Shown here one piece after another: positions 24,483 through 38,011 of a stretch of 64,000 nucleotides of DNA. Both the position numbers and the translations under genes were made by a program. Each line of letters opens with the position of its first letter. Position 1 is the stretch's first letter. Source of the stretch: Malacoraja senta (Eukaryota); the NCBI GenBank assembly GCA_038087875.1, contig CM075994.1:9488001-9552000 (forward strand), written 5' to 3'. The notes below the pieces were generated by a model. The model was not told where the DNA came from. It was given only the letters and a program-made list of their open reading frames with translations, and did no database searches.

Positions 24483-27142
24483 GGTATGGGTGATTGTTTA
24501 TGTCGGTATGGGTAGAGCTGCGAAACACTAAGGGGCAGAAAACGCTGGTGGGTGTTGTGTACAGGCCACCTAGCAGTAGTAATGAAGTTGGGGATGGCAT
24601 CAAACAGGAAATTAGAAATGCGTGCAACAAAGGCAAAACAGTTATAATGGGTGACTTCAATCTACATATAGATTGGGTGAATCAAATTGGCAGGGGTGCT
24701 GAGGAAGAGGATTTCTTGGAATGTATGCGGGATAGTTATCTAAATCAACATGTAGAGGAACCAACGAGAGAGCAGGCTATTCTAGACTGGGTATTGAGGA
24801 ATGGTTAGTTAGCAGTCTTGTTGTGCGTGCCCCCTTGGGCAAGAGTGACCATAATATGGTTGAGTTCTTCATTAGGATGGAGAGTGACATTGTTAATTCA
24901 GAAACAACGGTTCTGAACTTAAAGAAAGGTAACTTTGAGGGTATGAGACGTGAATTGGCCAAGATTGACTGGCAATTAGTTCTAAAAGGGTTGACGGTGG
25001 ATATGCAAATGGAAGGCATTTAAAGACTGCATGGATGAACTACAAAAATTGTTCATCCCAGTTTGGCAAAAGAATAAATCAGGGAAGGTAGTGAATCCGT
25101 GGATAACAAGGGAAATCAGGGATAGTATCAAAGCAAAAGATGATGCGTACAAATTAGCCAGAAAAAGCAGCATACCAGAGGACTGGGAGAAATTTAGAGA
25201 CAAGCAGAGGAGGACAAAGGGCTTAATTAGGAAAGGGAAAATAGGCTATGAAAGAAAACTGGCAGGGAACATAAAAACTGACTGCAAAAGTTTTTATAGA
25301 TATGTGAAGAGAAAGAGATTAGTGAAAACAAATGTAGGTCCCTTGCAATCAGAAACAGGTGAATTGGTCATGGGGAACAAGGATATGGCGGAACAATTGA
25401 ATAACTACTTTGGTTCCGTCTTCACTAAAGAAGACATAAATAATCTGCCGGAAATAGCAGGGGACCGTGGGTCAAAGGAGATGGAGGAACTGAGTGAAAA
25501 CCAGGTTAGTCGGGAAGTGGTGTTGGGTAAATTGAATAGATTAAAGGCCGATAAATCACCCGGGCCAGATAGGCTGCATCCCAGAGTACTTAAGGAAGTA
25601 GCTCCAGAAATAGTGGATGCATTAGTGATAATTTTTCAAAACTCTTTAGATTCTGGAGTAGTTCTTGAGGATTGGAGGGTAGCAAACGTAACCCCACTTT
25701 TTAAGAAGGGAGGGAGAGAGAAAACGGGGAATTACAGACCAATTAGTCTAACATCGGTAGTGGGGAAACTGCTAGAGTCAGTTATTAAAGATGGGATAGC
25801 AGCACATTTGGAAAGTGGTGAAATCATTGGACAAAGTCAGCATGGATTTACAAAAGGTAAATCATGTCTGACGAATCTTATAGAATTTTTTGAGGATGTA
25901 ACTAGTAGAGTGGATAGGGGAGAACCAGTGGATGTGTTGTATCTGGACTTTCAGAAGGCTTTCGACAAGGTCCCACATAAGAGGTTAGTATACAAACTTA
26001 AAGCACATGGTATTGGGGGTTCAGTATTGATGTGGATAGAGAACTGGCTGGCAAACAGGAAGCAAAGAGTAGGAGTAAACGGGTCTTTTTCACAATGGCA
26101 GGCAGTGACTAGTGGGGTACCGCAAGGCTCAGTGCTGGGACCCCAGCTATTTACAATATATATTAATGAACTGGATGAGGGAATTGAAGGCAACATCTCC
26201 AAGTTTACGGATGACACTAAGCTGGGGGGCAGTGTTAGCTGTGAGGAGGATGCTAGGAGACTGCAAGGTGACTTGGATAGGCTGGGTGAGTGGGCAAATG
26301 TTTGGCAGGTGCAGTATAATGTGGATAAATGTGAGGTTATCCACTTTGGTGGCAAAAACAGGAAAGCAGACTATTATCTAAATGGTGGCCGATTAGGAAA
26401 AGGGGAGATGCAGCGAGACCTGGGTGTCATGGTACACCAGTCATTGAAAGTAGGCATGCAGGTGCAGCAGGCAGTGAAGAAAGCGAATGGTATGTTAGCT
26501 TTCATAGCAAAATGATTTGAGTATAGGAGCAGGGAGGTTCTACTGCAGTTGTACAGGGTCTTGGTGAGACCACACCTGGAGTATTGCGTACAGTTTTGGT
26601 CACCAAATCTGAAGAAGGACATTAGAGCCATAGAGGGAGTGCAGAGAAGGTTCACCAGACTGATTCCTGGGATGTCAGGACTTTCATATGAAGAAAGACT
26701 GGATAGACTTGGCTTATACTCGCTGGAATTTAGGAGATTGAGAGGGGATCTTATAGAAACGTAAAAAATTCTTATGGGGTTGGACAGGCTAGATGCAGGA
26801 AGATTGTTCCTGATGTTGGGGAAGTCCAGGACAAGGGGTCACAGCTTAAGGATAAGGGGGAAATCCTTTAAGACCGAGATGAGGAAAAACTTTTTCACAC
26901 AGAGAGTGGTGAATCTCTGGAACTCTCTGCCACAGAGGGTAGTTGAGGCCAGTTCATTGGCTATATTTAAGAGGGAGTTAGATGTGGCCCTTGTGGCTAA
27001 GGGGATCAGGGGGTATGGAGAGAAGGCCGGTACGGGATACTGAGTTGGATGATCAGCCATGATCATATTGAATGGCGGTGCAGGCTCGAAGGGCCGAATG
27101 GCCTACTCCTGCACCTATTTTCTATGTATCTATGTATCTATG
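24483..27142 (+). mobile_element. CR1 LINE, APE-RT ORF2 (5'-truncated, disabled)
   Basis: APE motifs GVVYRPP, MGDFN, SDH. RT ORF 25031-26515 with QHGF, VPQGSVLGP, KFTDDTKL. Premature stops and frameshifts. (TCTATGTA)n tail. Confidence 0.95.
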
Positions 27143-27425
27143 AAGACTGCAACGACCAGTTTCAGGAATAGCTACTTCCCCACAGCCATCAGGCTATTAA
27201 ACCTGGCTCGGACAAAACTATGAACGTTAATAGCCCATTATCTGCTATTTGCACTTGATCAGTTTATTTATTCATGTGTGTATATATTTATATAAAGATA
27301 TATGGACACACTGATCTATTTTGTAGTCAATGCCTTCTTTGCTCTGTTGTGCTGAAGCAAAGCCAGAATTTCATTGTCCTATGACACATGACAATAAACT
27401 CACTTGAACTTGAACTTGAACTTGA
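27143..27425 (+). mobile_element. Rex1/Babar LINE 3' end
   Basis: FRNSYFPTAIRLLN-coding sequence like that in 32460-33128. AATAAA then (ACTTGA)n tail. Confidence 0.75.
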
Positions 27426-27426
27426 T

Positions 27427-29020
27427 CTCTCATCTTGTTTCTATATTTGTGTGCCTGTTTGTACCTATAATTGCACAGAAACGGTACATGATAGCGCAAC
27501 AACTTTTGCACCACCTTACTCACCATTGTCCTGTGATGTGCAAAAAATAGGTTTTGTTCAGATTTATGCCATATTTTGCAAGTTATTCACGTTTAAAACT
27601 AAAATAAACACTTAAAAAACCTGTCTGCCGCTCATCAGTTTTCCACCCCACAATATCATCACAATGGTATCCCATTTACATAAAAAAAACAATGTTCCAC
27701 CCCACAATGACATCCCAATGGGATCTCATTTTTTGGAGGGAGGGAGTGTGAAGGAGGAAAAGGGAGATCAAGGGTTAATGCGTACGTGACCAGGATCGAA
27801 GTGTTGAAACATGGCGTAACTAAATTGCAGAACTATAGAAACTTGCGAGGTTTACCCTAGGGTCTGATAGACAAGGAAAAGTAATATCTGGACACAGGAC
27901 AGGGAACTGATATGAGAATAGGGAAGTGACACAAGAACTGAGATGTATTGTATTGTATTGTATTGTATATTTTAATGACCACACAGCCAGGCTGGTGGAA
28001 TTTGTTATCAGTACAGCTCGGTACAGGTTCCAACATTTCATCAACATTAAACTTATAACATAGATGTACATACAGACAGACACAGAACATAGATAGGTTC
28101 ACATATGGCCATGTTGGGATATCAGCTGCCAATCAACAGTGTTCCATCCAGTGCAATGAGAGATTTCTTACATTGTTGTGAGGAGAGGGAGGGAGCGGGG
28201 GAGGGGATGGGGAGGAGGGGAGAGAAGAGGGAGGGTGAAGAGGAGGGGGAGGGAGTGTTGGGGGATGAGGGGAAATGAGCCGTGCCTGCGCAGTTGGGGG
28301 CTATGGGTAAGTGGTGGAATATTGTGTTGGGAGAACGGGTTACGTTGGGGGAAGGGGTTCTTCATATCGAGTCCATGCACAAGATTAGAAGTTGTTCAGC
28401 CAGAGCTGAATACATTTCTCGGCATCTGCATACAATGGTGTCTGTCTGGTCGTCTCTTGTGCGTGGTGGTGGAAAGGTTTGGTGGAAACAGGGCTGCGAT
28501 GTGAATGCTCTTTCCTTGACCATGGGGAACGGGTGAGTGGTGGATTTGTGCGTTGGGGGAACGGGACCCAACGGGTCCCACTTGGTCCAGTACATTACTA
28601 AACCTCTCATCTTGTTTGTTTGCCCAGATTGTACCTATATTTGCACAAAAACGGTACACGATAGCAGTACAATGTTTGCACCACCTTACTCATCATTGTC
28701 CTGTGATGTGAAAAAAAATAAGTTTTGTTCAGATTGATGCCATCTTTTACAAGTTATTCACGTTTTAAAACCCCCCACAAAACCACCTGTCTGCCCCTCA
28801 GCAGTGATGCTCCCCACAATGACATCAAGGGGGGTAGGGAGGGGAGAGGGGTTACGGAGGGAGGGAGGGAGGGAGGGAGTGACTGAGGGTAGGGGAAAGG
28901 AGAGGGAGGGAGAGGTGATGGAGTGAGTGTGAGGGGGATAAAAGAGGCAGTTAGGGGCTATCGTTGAGTGGTAAAATATTGCATTGAGGGAACGGGGCCC
29001 GACGGGTCCCATTGTTTATT
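27427..29020 (+). mobile_element. Tandem non-autonomous Helitron-like units in intron 1 of relic copy D
   Basis: Hairpin GGGACCCAACGGGTCCC + ACTTGGTCCAG|T at 28563-28591 followed directly by a new 5' unit (ACATTACTAAACCTCTCATCTTG). Second degenerate end at ~28995-29018. Inverted copy of 52670-54400. Confidence 0.7.
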
Positions 29021-29716
29021 TAATATCTCTCTACATCACCGTCTATTTCTCTCGTTTCCCTTTCCCCTGACTCTCAGTCTGAAGAAGTGTCTCGACCCAA
29101 AACATCACCTAGTCCTTCTCTCCAGAGATGCTGCCAATCCCGCTGAGTAAATAGTCGGGACTGGACATTGGAGAGGAGGGAGAGGGAGGTAGGGAGGGAG
29201 CAGACTGAGAAAGGGAGAGATGGGTGGAGATGGAATGGGGAAAGGGACGGGAGATGTGGAGGAGAGAGGGGGTGGGGAACAAATTGATATTATATTTAAT
29301 GGTACAACAAACTGAACAAATTAGTTCAAACTTCAAAGTCTAGGATAAAATCTTAACTGAACACATAACTTCATAAATTGGATTCATATTTCTACAAATC
29401 TGATATTTGTATTAAATTAAAACATGGCAATACAGCATAAAATATTGCACTATGCAAGATTTCTGCGTACACAAACTACAAAAAATTAGAGGGATCAGTG
29501 GTCTCGACCTGAAACGTCACCATTCCTTCTATCTGGGACATATAACAATAAAACACTCTTGACTTGACAATAACTAACTCCATATTCAATAACAAACTCT
29601 CTACGTGTGAACGAACACACAGCTAAATGTTTAACCAAGAATTCCAATCCCACTTGAGAATCTAAAATGCCTTTCCACAGTTAAACTAGAGGACAACAAT
29701 AGTTATATTTCCTTAC

Positions 29717-29768
29717 CCGGAGAGGCACTGAGAATGAGACCAGCTACCAGGACCACAAGGTAATTCAT
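29717..29768 (-). pseudogene. Orphan Ly6 signal-peptide exon (copy D), inverted; no matching exons 2-3 on this strand in the window
   Basis: 52-nt exon identical to those of copies B and C (MNYLVVLVAGLILSASPG), with intact GTAAG donor. Its intron runs into Helitron, Rex1 and CR1 sequence. Confidence 0.85.
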
Positions 29769-30079
29769 CTTTGGATTTGAACAGCTGAGCTTCGAAGGCA
29801 AGAGAGAGAACAGGAAAATTTTCAAACAGAAGTCTTCAAATTCCCTGAAATCTGTAGAAGGATCCCAACAGGAAACGTCACCAGTCCGTGTTCTCCAGAG
29901 ATGCTGCCCGACTCGCCGAGTTACGCCAGCACTCTGAGCCTTTATTGAAAATCCCTTGTGATTTTGACTATGGGATGGACTTACAGAGGTAGGGGGAGGA
30001 GGCAAGGAAAAGATCGAATTTGTGATGACTACAAGAAAACCTGAATTACTGGAAAAGATGATAATGTAACGATAATTAT

Positions 30080-31248
30080 TAGAGCCAGGATTTGCCACAA
30101 ATGCCATAAGTGCCTTTTCATGCCTTTTTTGATGATTTCACCAAGTTAATGCATTTTTCACGATCGAGTACCTGAATCAGCCTTTTTTTTTGCCATTTTG
30201 CTAAAAGGTCGTGTTATTTTTCTGTAGTTGTACCGTGATTACAATAACGTTTTCTATGTGAACACATTAATATTCATGTTATTATTAACGTGTTAATTAC
30301 AAGAAAATTTCCACCACCAGGTCGAAACCGGGACGCCACCGTCGGTCGGTCGTTCGTTCGTTCATTCGTTCATTCGTTTGTGCCGCTGCCCGTTGCTTCA
30401 GTCTTCTCCAAAATCTATTTATTGCTTCCAATTTTGCTAACTTCCCGCAAGCTACCACTTCCCTTGAGAAACGTGGCGAAACATTAGCGAATAACTTGCA
30501 GGTTTTAAACAAAGTCACTGACGATATTCGTAAAGTTCCTGGCGATGTAGGTAAAGACATACAAGGAAAATGTAAGAGGGTGATTTAAGTCTTCAAGGGT
30601 CCAACTTTGGTCTTAACTATTTTTTTCCTCATCACATACCTAATGAAGCTTTTACTATCCTCCTTTATATTCTTGGCTAGCTTACCTTCGTACCTCATCT
30701 TTTCTCCCCGTATTGCCTTTGTAGTTATCTTCTGTTGCTCATTAAACATTACCCAATCTTCTTGCTTCCATCTCATCTTTGCTACGTTGTACTCCTTCTC
30801 TTTTATGTTTATGCTGTCCCTGACGTCCCTTGTCAGACCCTTACTTCCCTTGGAATCTTTTTTCCTCATAGCTAAAGTTCTCAAAGGTAGTTGTAATGCA
30901 TAAGATATCGACATGAATATAGAGTCTGTAGCTTATTTCGGGTATGCACCAGTGACCTCAGCTGAGGTAGACAGATGCTTTTCACAACTAAAGCATATTC
31001 TGTCTGACAGACGGCATTGATTAACAGCGGATAATTTGAAAAAAATGCTAGTAATTATGTGCAATCAGGCAACTTTGGTCATTTAATGTAGTATACCTTT
31101 ATATTATAATTTTTAACCATATTTTGGTGGTGGAAATACATGCCTTATTATGCCTTTGCTTGTAAATAAATGCCTTTTTTGTGATTTTTATTTTGCCTTT
31201 TTGCCTGCCTATTTCAGAGTTTTTTAGTGCCGAAACATCCTGGCTCTG
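30080..31248 (+). mobile_element. Internally deleted hAT transposon with nested CR1 fragment (30585-30868)
   Basis: TIRs TAGAGCCAGGAT / ATCCTGGCTCTG. Near-matching 8-bp flanks (ATAATTAT / GTAATTAC). C-terminal remnant YAPVTSAEVDRCFSQLKHILSDRRH*LTADNL resembles the hAT dimerisation region. Empty site in the paralogous sequence at ~35545. Confidence 0.8.
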
Positions 31249-32192
31249 GTAATTACGAAAGAGATTTGCACGAAATGCAGAAATTCCCAAACCAGTCATC
31301 TGTGGAGAGAAGGAATCAAGGAAGTTGACACAAGGAACTGCAGGTACTGGTAACGAACATCCTCCCACAAAGTTTCAGAGTGACTCAGGTGGTCAGGCAA
31401 CATCTCTGGAGAACGTAGACTGGTGACGTTTCCGGTCGGGTCCCTTCTCCAGATTTTAAGGGACGTGGCGCAAGGTTTACTGCCGTTCCTGCTTTTTCCT
31501 CTTAATCCGTTGATTCCGATAACCCCCAAGCTAATCACGAATCTATCTATCTCTGCCTTAATTATATCCACTGACTTTGCCTCCACAGCCGTCTGTGGCA
31601 AAGAATTCCACAGATTCACCGACCTCTGACTAAAGAAATTCCTCCTCATCTCCTTCCTAAAAGAACGTCCTTTAATTCTGAGGCTGTGACCTCTGGTCCT
31701 ACACTCTCCCACTAGTGGAAACATCCTCTCCACATCCACTCTATCCAGGCCTTTCATTATTCAGAAAGTTTCAATGAGCCCCCCCCCCCTCCCCCCTCAT
31801 TTTTCAAAACTGATCCTCAGATATGGTGTCCAAAATTGCTGACAATATTCCAAATGCGGCCTGACCAGCGCCTTATGCTTCAACTTGGCGTGAAAAATGA
31901 ACCAAAGCCCATGCTAAAGGTGCCCGCCATTATTGTCAGCTATTCTTTCCTCTTGATTTCACCCAACAAAACGATATAGTCACCTTTTATCATTGAATCC
32001 TTGAACGAAATGGCAAATCATTCGATTAAACTGTCACACCCCAAATCTTATGATTGCCCAGGCAGGCTGTATCCACATACTCTAGAATTGTCTTTGTGTG
32101 CAACAAATGGCCACAGTTGACAATCTTAAGTTCTTTAAGGTCGTTTTCTGATGTTACATGTCGTCATTGTATAACCAGTGAGTTCAAAATTA

Positions 32193-33803
32193 AAGGCCTG
32201 TCCCACTTACGCAAATTACGCGACCTCATGGTCGCTTGAGGCGTATGGGCACCGTATGGCCACGCGGGGCCGGTCCCACTTCAAGTCAAGTCAAGTGAGT
32301 TTATTGTCATGTGTCCCTGGGAGGACAATGAAATTCTTGCTTTGCTTGAGCACAACAGAACATAGTAGGCATTTACTACGAGGCATTCTATAAATATATA
32401 CACAATGGTCAATATACTGATAAAGTGCAAATAACAGTATTGGCTAGTAAAGTTCAGTGTTATGTCCGAGCCAGGTTTAATAGCCTGATGGCTGTGGGGA
32501 AGTAGCTGTTCCTGAACCTGGGCATTGCAGTCTTCAGGCTCCTGTACCTTCTACCTGAAGGTAGTAGGGAGATGAGTGTGTGGCCAGGATGGTGTGGGTC
32601 CTTGATGATGCTGCCAGCCTTTTTGAGGCAGCGACTGTGGTAGATCCCCTCGATGGAAGGGAGGTCAGAGCCGATGATGGACTGGGCAGTGTTTACTGCT
32701 TTTTGTAGTCTTTTCCTCTCCAGGGCACTCAAGTTGCCGAACCAAGCCACGATGCAACCGGTCAGCATTCTCTCTACTGTGCACCTGTAGAAGTTAGAGA
32801 GAGTCCTCCTTGACAAACCGACTCTCCGTAATCTTCTCAGGAAGTAGAGGCGCTGATGTGCTTTCTTAATAATGGCATCATTGTTCTCGGACCAGGAAAG
32901 ATCTTCAGAGATGTGCACGCCCAGGAATTTGAAGCTCTTGACCCTTTCAACCATCGACCCGTTGATATAAACGGGACTGTGGGTCCCCACCCTACTCCTT
33001 CCAAAGTCCACAATCAGTTCCTTGGTTTTGCTGGTGTTGAGGGCCAGGTTGTTGTGCTGGCACCATATGGACAGTTGCTCGATCTCTCTTCTATACTCTG
33101 ACTCATCACCATCAGTGATACGTCCCACAACAGTGGTGTCATCAGCGATCTTGATGATGGAGTTCGCACTATGTCCGGCTACGCAGTCATACGCACGTAG
33201 AAGCGTGGAGGGGTATGGAGTTGTGCGGGGCTGGTCCCGACATCGCGCGGGGCTCCGAAATTCTTGCAGTGAACGAAGTTTTCGCGCGCCAACGGCCTGT
33301 CGCGGAACTGACGGCCAAAGTGGGACAGGCCCAAGACCCTGGCGCGACGCAACGTCTCACCTCCAACAGCAGCAGAAGCAGGCAAACGATCGTCGAGCTC
33401 GGCCTGGGGCTCACGGCCGTTGCGGATCCGGATCCGCCCGCACTTCTACTCCCAGAGCGGGGACAAGAAAATTGAAGATAGACACAAAATGCAGGAGTAA
33501 CTCAGCGGGACAGGCAGCATCTCTGGAGAGAAGCAATGGGTGACGTCTAGGGTCAAGACCCTTCTTTTCAGACTGAAGAACAGTCTTGACATGAAACATC
33601 ATCCATTCCTTCTCTCCAGAGATGCTGCCGGTCCGGCTGAGTTACTCCAACTTTGTGTCCATCTTCAAATGACGTCACGCGCTCCAGACGCGCTGTGCGT
33701 ACTCATGAAGTCGCGCGCGACCTTCGCGGGACCATCGCTGCTCAACGCGATCACGAGGTCGCGTAATTTGCGTGCCAAGGACACATAAGTGGGACAGGCC
33801 CTT
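32193..33803. mobile_element. TA-flanked non-autonomous DNA transposon containing a nested Rex1 LINE and SINE-like repeats
   Basis: TIRs AAGG(G)CCTGTCCCACTTA at both ends, extended by subterminal GCAAATTACGCGACCTC / GAGGTCGCGTAATTTGC. TA on both sides. Confidence 0.7.
32280..33190 (-). mobile_element. Rex1/Babar LINE, 5'-truncated
   Basis: ORF 32460-33128: DESEYRREI..L..WC..NNL.LN.SKTKELIVDF, FKFLGV, KKAHQRLYFLRRLRR, FYRCTVE. (TTGAC)n tail. Confidence 0.92.
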
Positions 33804-34019
33804 TACTGCTTGCATGTAATAACTTTCTGCTTCTAATTGTAATTCCCCATGTCTGTGTTTGGCTGTTCAATTTTACATAAAATTGTTTTATGTATTTAAT
33901 ACAATGATTAGATATTTTTATGTGCAGGAAAGAACTGCAGATGCCGGTTTACACCGAAGATAGACACAAAAAGCTGGAGTAACTCAGCGGGACAGGCAGC
34001 ATCTCTGGAGAAGAGGAAT

Positions 34020-34625
34020 GGGTGACGTTTCGGGTCGAGACCCTTCTTCAGACTGAGAGTCAGGGGAGAGGGAGACTAGAGGTATGAAAAGGTACAAACA
34101 ACAGATCAGAGACGGCACCGATGACCAAAGAGCCCACAATGGTCCATTGTTGGCTGTGGAGGAGGTGATAACAAGGGAATACGAACAATAAAACTAGCAG
34201 GATGTCGAGGGTGAGAGAAGGGGTGTAAGGGTAACTTGGAGTTAGAGAAGTCAATGTTCATACCGCTGGGGTGTAAGTTGCCCAAGTGAAATATGAGGTG
34301 TTGCTCCTCCAATCTGCGCTTGGCCTCACACTGACAATGGAGGAGGCCCAGGATAGAAAGGTCAGTGTGGGAATGGGAAGGGGAGTTAAAGTGTTTGGCA
34401 ACCGGAGATCGGCTAGGCCAAGACGGGCTGAGCGAAGGTATTCTGCGAAATGATCGCCCAGTCTACGTTTGGTTTCGCCGATGTATGAGGGTCCACACTT
34501 TGAACAATGGATAGAGTAGATGCGGTTGGAGGAGGTGCAAGTGAATCTCTGCTTCTCCTGAAAGGATTGTCGGGGTCCCTGGATGGAATCGAGTGGGGAG
34601 ATATGGGGACAGGTGTTGCATCCCT
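34020..34625 (-). mobile_element. Penelope-like element 3' fragment with intact hammerhead-like core at 34024-34051
   Basis: FTCTSSN.IY.I.CSKCG..YIGETKRRLGDHFAEYLR (GIY-YIG). Downstream CTGAAGAAGGGTCTCGACCCGAAACGTC. Confidence 0.88.
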
Positions 34626-34689
34626 CCGAGTCCACTGCGACCAGCAATCCCGGCACACATTAACATTATCCGACATACACTTATCCGTT

Positions 34690-35700
34690 CAATATCTCTC
34701 GTTATCACCGTCTATCTCTCTCGTTTCCCTTTCCCCTGACTCTCAGTCTGAAGAAGGGTCTTGACCCGAAACGCCACCCATTCCTTCTCTCCAGAGATGC
34801 TGCCTGTCCCGCTGAGTTACTCCAGCGCTTTGTATCTATTGTCGGTGTAAACCAACATCTGCAGTTCCTTCCTACACATCAGTGCGGTAGAGCCCTCAGA
34901 TGTTTACAGCATGTAAACAGGCCATTCGGCCGACCGAGTCTGCGCCGACCACCGTGTGGGAAGGAACTGCAGATGCTGGTTTTCACAGAAGATAGACATA
35001 AAATGCTGGAGTAACTCAGCGGGACAGGCAGCATCTCTGGACAGAAGGAAGGGTCTCGACCTGAAACGTCACCATTCCTTCTATCTGGGACATATATAAC
35101 AATAAAACACTCAGGACTTGACAATAACTAACTCCATATTCAGTAACAAACTCTCTACATGTGAACGAACACACAGCTTAATGTTTAACCAAGAATTCCA
35201 ATCCCACTTGAGAATCTAAAATGCCTTTCCACAGAGGATTTGGATTTGAACAGCTGAGCTTCGAGGGCAAGAGAGAGAACAGGAAACATTTCAAACAGAA
35301 GTCTTCAAATTCCCTGAAATCTGTAGAAGGATCCCAACTGGAAACGTCACCAGTCCGTGTTCTCCAGAGATGCTGCCCGACTCGCCGAGTTACGCCAGCA
35401 CTCTGAGCCTTTATTGAAAATCCCTTGTGATTTTGACTATGGGATGGTGTGATAGAGGTAGAGGGAGGAGGCAAGGAAAAGATCGAATTACTGATGATTA
35501 CATGATAGAGAAATCCTGAATTACTGGAAGAGATGATATTGGGACGAGATTTACGAAAGAGATACGCACGGAATGCTGAAATTCCCAAACCAGTCATCTG
35601 TGGAGAGAAGGAATCAAGGAAGTTGATACAAGGAACTGCTGGTGCTGGTAACGAACATCCCCCCACAAAGTTCCGGAGTAACTAAGGTGGGCAGGCAACA
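34690..35700 (-). pseudogene. Ly6 relic copy E: upstream region and intron 1, with the signal-peptide exon deleted
   Basis: Homologous to the flanks of the signal exon in copies B/D, but TTTGGATTTGAAC is joined to CTTTCCACAG at ~35235 with the ATG exon and donor missing. Confidence 0.8.
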
Positions 35701-36187
35701 TCTGTGGAGTAACTCAGGCGGTCAGGCAACATCTCTGGAGAACGTAGGTACACAAAAATGCTGGAGAAACTCAGCGGGTGCAGCAGCATCTATGGAGCGA
35801 AGGAGATAGGCAACGTTTCGGGCCGAAACCCTGCCTATCTCCTTCGCTCCATAGATGCTGCTGCACCCGCTGAGTTTCTCCAGCATTTTTGTGTACCTTC
35901 GATTTTCCAGCATCTGCAGTTCCTTCTTTAACTCTCTGGAGAACGTAGACTGGTGATGTTTCCAGTCGAGTGACTTCTCCAGAGTTTAGGGAACGTGGCG
36001 CAAGATTTGCTGCCGTTCCTGCTTTTTCTCCAAATCCCTTGATTCCATTAGCACAAAGAGCCAAATCTCTTGAAGACTACAAATAATTATGTATTAAAGC
36101 AAACACAAGTAAAACACAAAAACTATCAAAAAAGAAACAATACAAAATATCTCTTACGTCCCTCTACATATTCCAGTCTCTGTCACT

Positions 36188-36468
<281 letters not shown>

Positions 36469-36819
36469 TATGGTAGAACCATGTATGTTTATTATATTTT
36501 TTTATTTCCAAGAACAACATGGTGAAACCAAACTGTATTAAAATGGCCTTTATTAAATTCTGACAAAGTGCACTTTAACCACATGAGATTTTTTTCTATT
36601 ACAAATCTCAAATTGTGGAGTTCGGGTACGCAGCGAGCTGGCGAGAGGGTCGTCAGATCAGATCAGCCCAGCTTGCCGAGAGGACGAAGGGCGGATTTTA
36701 ATGTGTCGTTATTAAACTGTTCCGTCTGTGCAGCATCTCTGGAGAACACGGACAGGTACAAAGTGCTGGAGTAACTCAGCGGGTCAGGCAGCATCTCTGG
36801 AGAACATGGATAGGTACAA

Positions 36820-37285
36820 CGTGCTCTGCCGAGGACAAGAAGGCTCTGCAGAGAGTAATGCGTTCGGCCGAACGCACTATGTGAACTTCACTCGCTCCTC
36901 TGCAGGACCTATACATCAGGAGGTGCAGATCCAGAGCCAACAAGATCATAGGGGACCCCTACCACCCCAGCAACGGACTGTTCCAGCTGCTGCGGTCAGG
37001 CAAGCGCCTCCGCTGTCACGCTGTGAAAACAGAGAGAGGGTGAGACGGAGTTTCTTCCCACAGGCCATCAGGACTGTAAACTCCTATTTCACCAGGGACT
37101 AACTTACGGCACCAAACTACTGTTGCATTGTGGCGGGTTTTAATTGCTGTTTTTTTTCTCACCAATATGCAATTACTGATTCTGTTCTATTATGTTTTGT
37201 AGTTTTTTGCACATTCCACAGGCATTACCACTTTTCATTTCACTGCACATCTCGTATGCGTCTGTGACGAATAGACTTGACTTGA
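36820..37285 (+). mobile_element. Rex1/Babar LINE 3' fragment
   Basis: Encodes RRCRSRANKIIGDPYHPSNGLFQLLRSGKR and RRSFFPQAIR. GACTTGACTTGA tail. Confidence 0.75.
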
Positions 37286-37787
37286 AAGTGCTGGAGTTAC
37301 TCAGCAGGTCAGGCAGCATCTGTGGAGAACGTAGATATGTACAAAGTGCTGGGGTAACTCAGTCGGTGAGGCAGCACGTCTGTAGAACATGGATAGGTAC
37401 AAAGTGCTGAAGTATCTCAGTGGGTCAGGCAGCATCTCTGGAGAACAAGGATAGACAATTCAGTTCGGGATACCTTTTCCGACTCCACCAAGTGCTGGAG
37501 TCACCTATCTATGTTCTCCACAGATGCTGCCTGACCCGCTGAGTTACTCCAGCACTCTGTGAAACGTCACCTATCCATGTTCTCCACAGATGCTGCCTGA
37601 CCCGCTGAGTTACTCCAGCACTCTGTGTCTTTCTGCCCAAGCCACGTGATCAATTTTTTTGCTTCTTTTCGTTTAGATTCAGATTTGCAATTAGTTTAAT
37701 GTGGAACATATCACGTCTCCGCGAGGCAGACTGCCACAACTGAAGGCTGTTACACCACACGTTTACAAACTGCCGGATGCAATCAGT

Positions 37788-38011
37788 AGTCATCAGTAAT
37801 TCGATATTTTCCCTGCCTCCTCCCCCTACCTCTGTAAGACCATCCCATAGTCAAAATCACAAGGGGTTTTCAATAAAGCCTCAGAGTGCTGGTGTAACTC
37901 GGCGAGTCGGGCAGCATCTCTGGAGAACACGGAGTGGTGACGTTTCCAGTTGGGATCCTTCTACAGATTTCAGGGAATTTGAAGATTTCTGTTTGAAGTT
38001 TTTCCTGTTCT
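37788..38011 (+). pseudogene. Ly6 relic copy F: upstream region truncated before the ATG exon
   Basis: Near-identical to ~16850-17076 and stops within the polypyrimidine tract. Preceded by pieces homologous to 8620-8735 and 11930-12420. Confidence 0.75.

Noticed and set aside
22953..27142. Single CR1 with twin-priming inversion
   Set aside because: The two halves overlap in RT coordinates and belong to different subfamilies, so they are separate elements.
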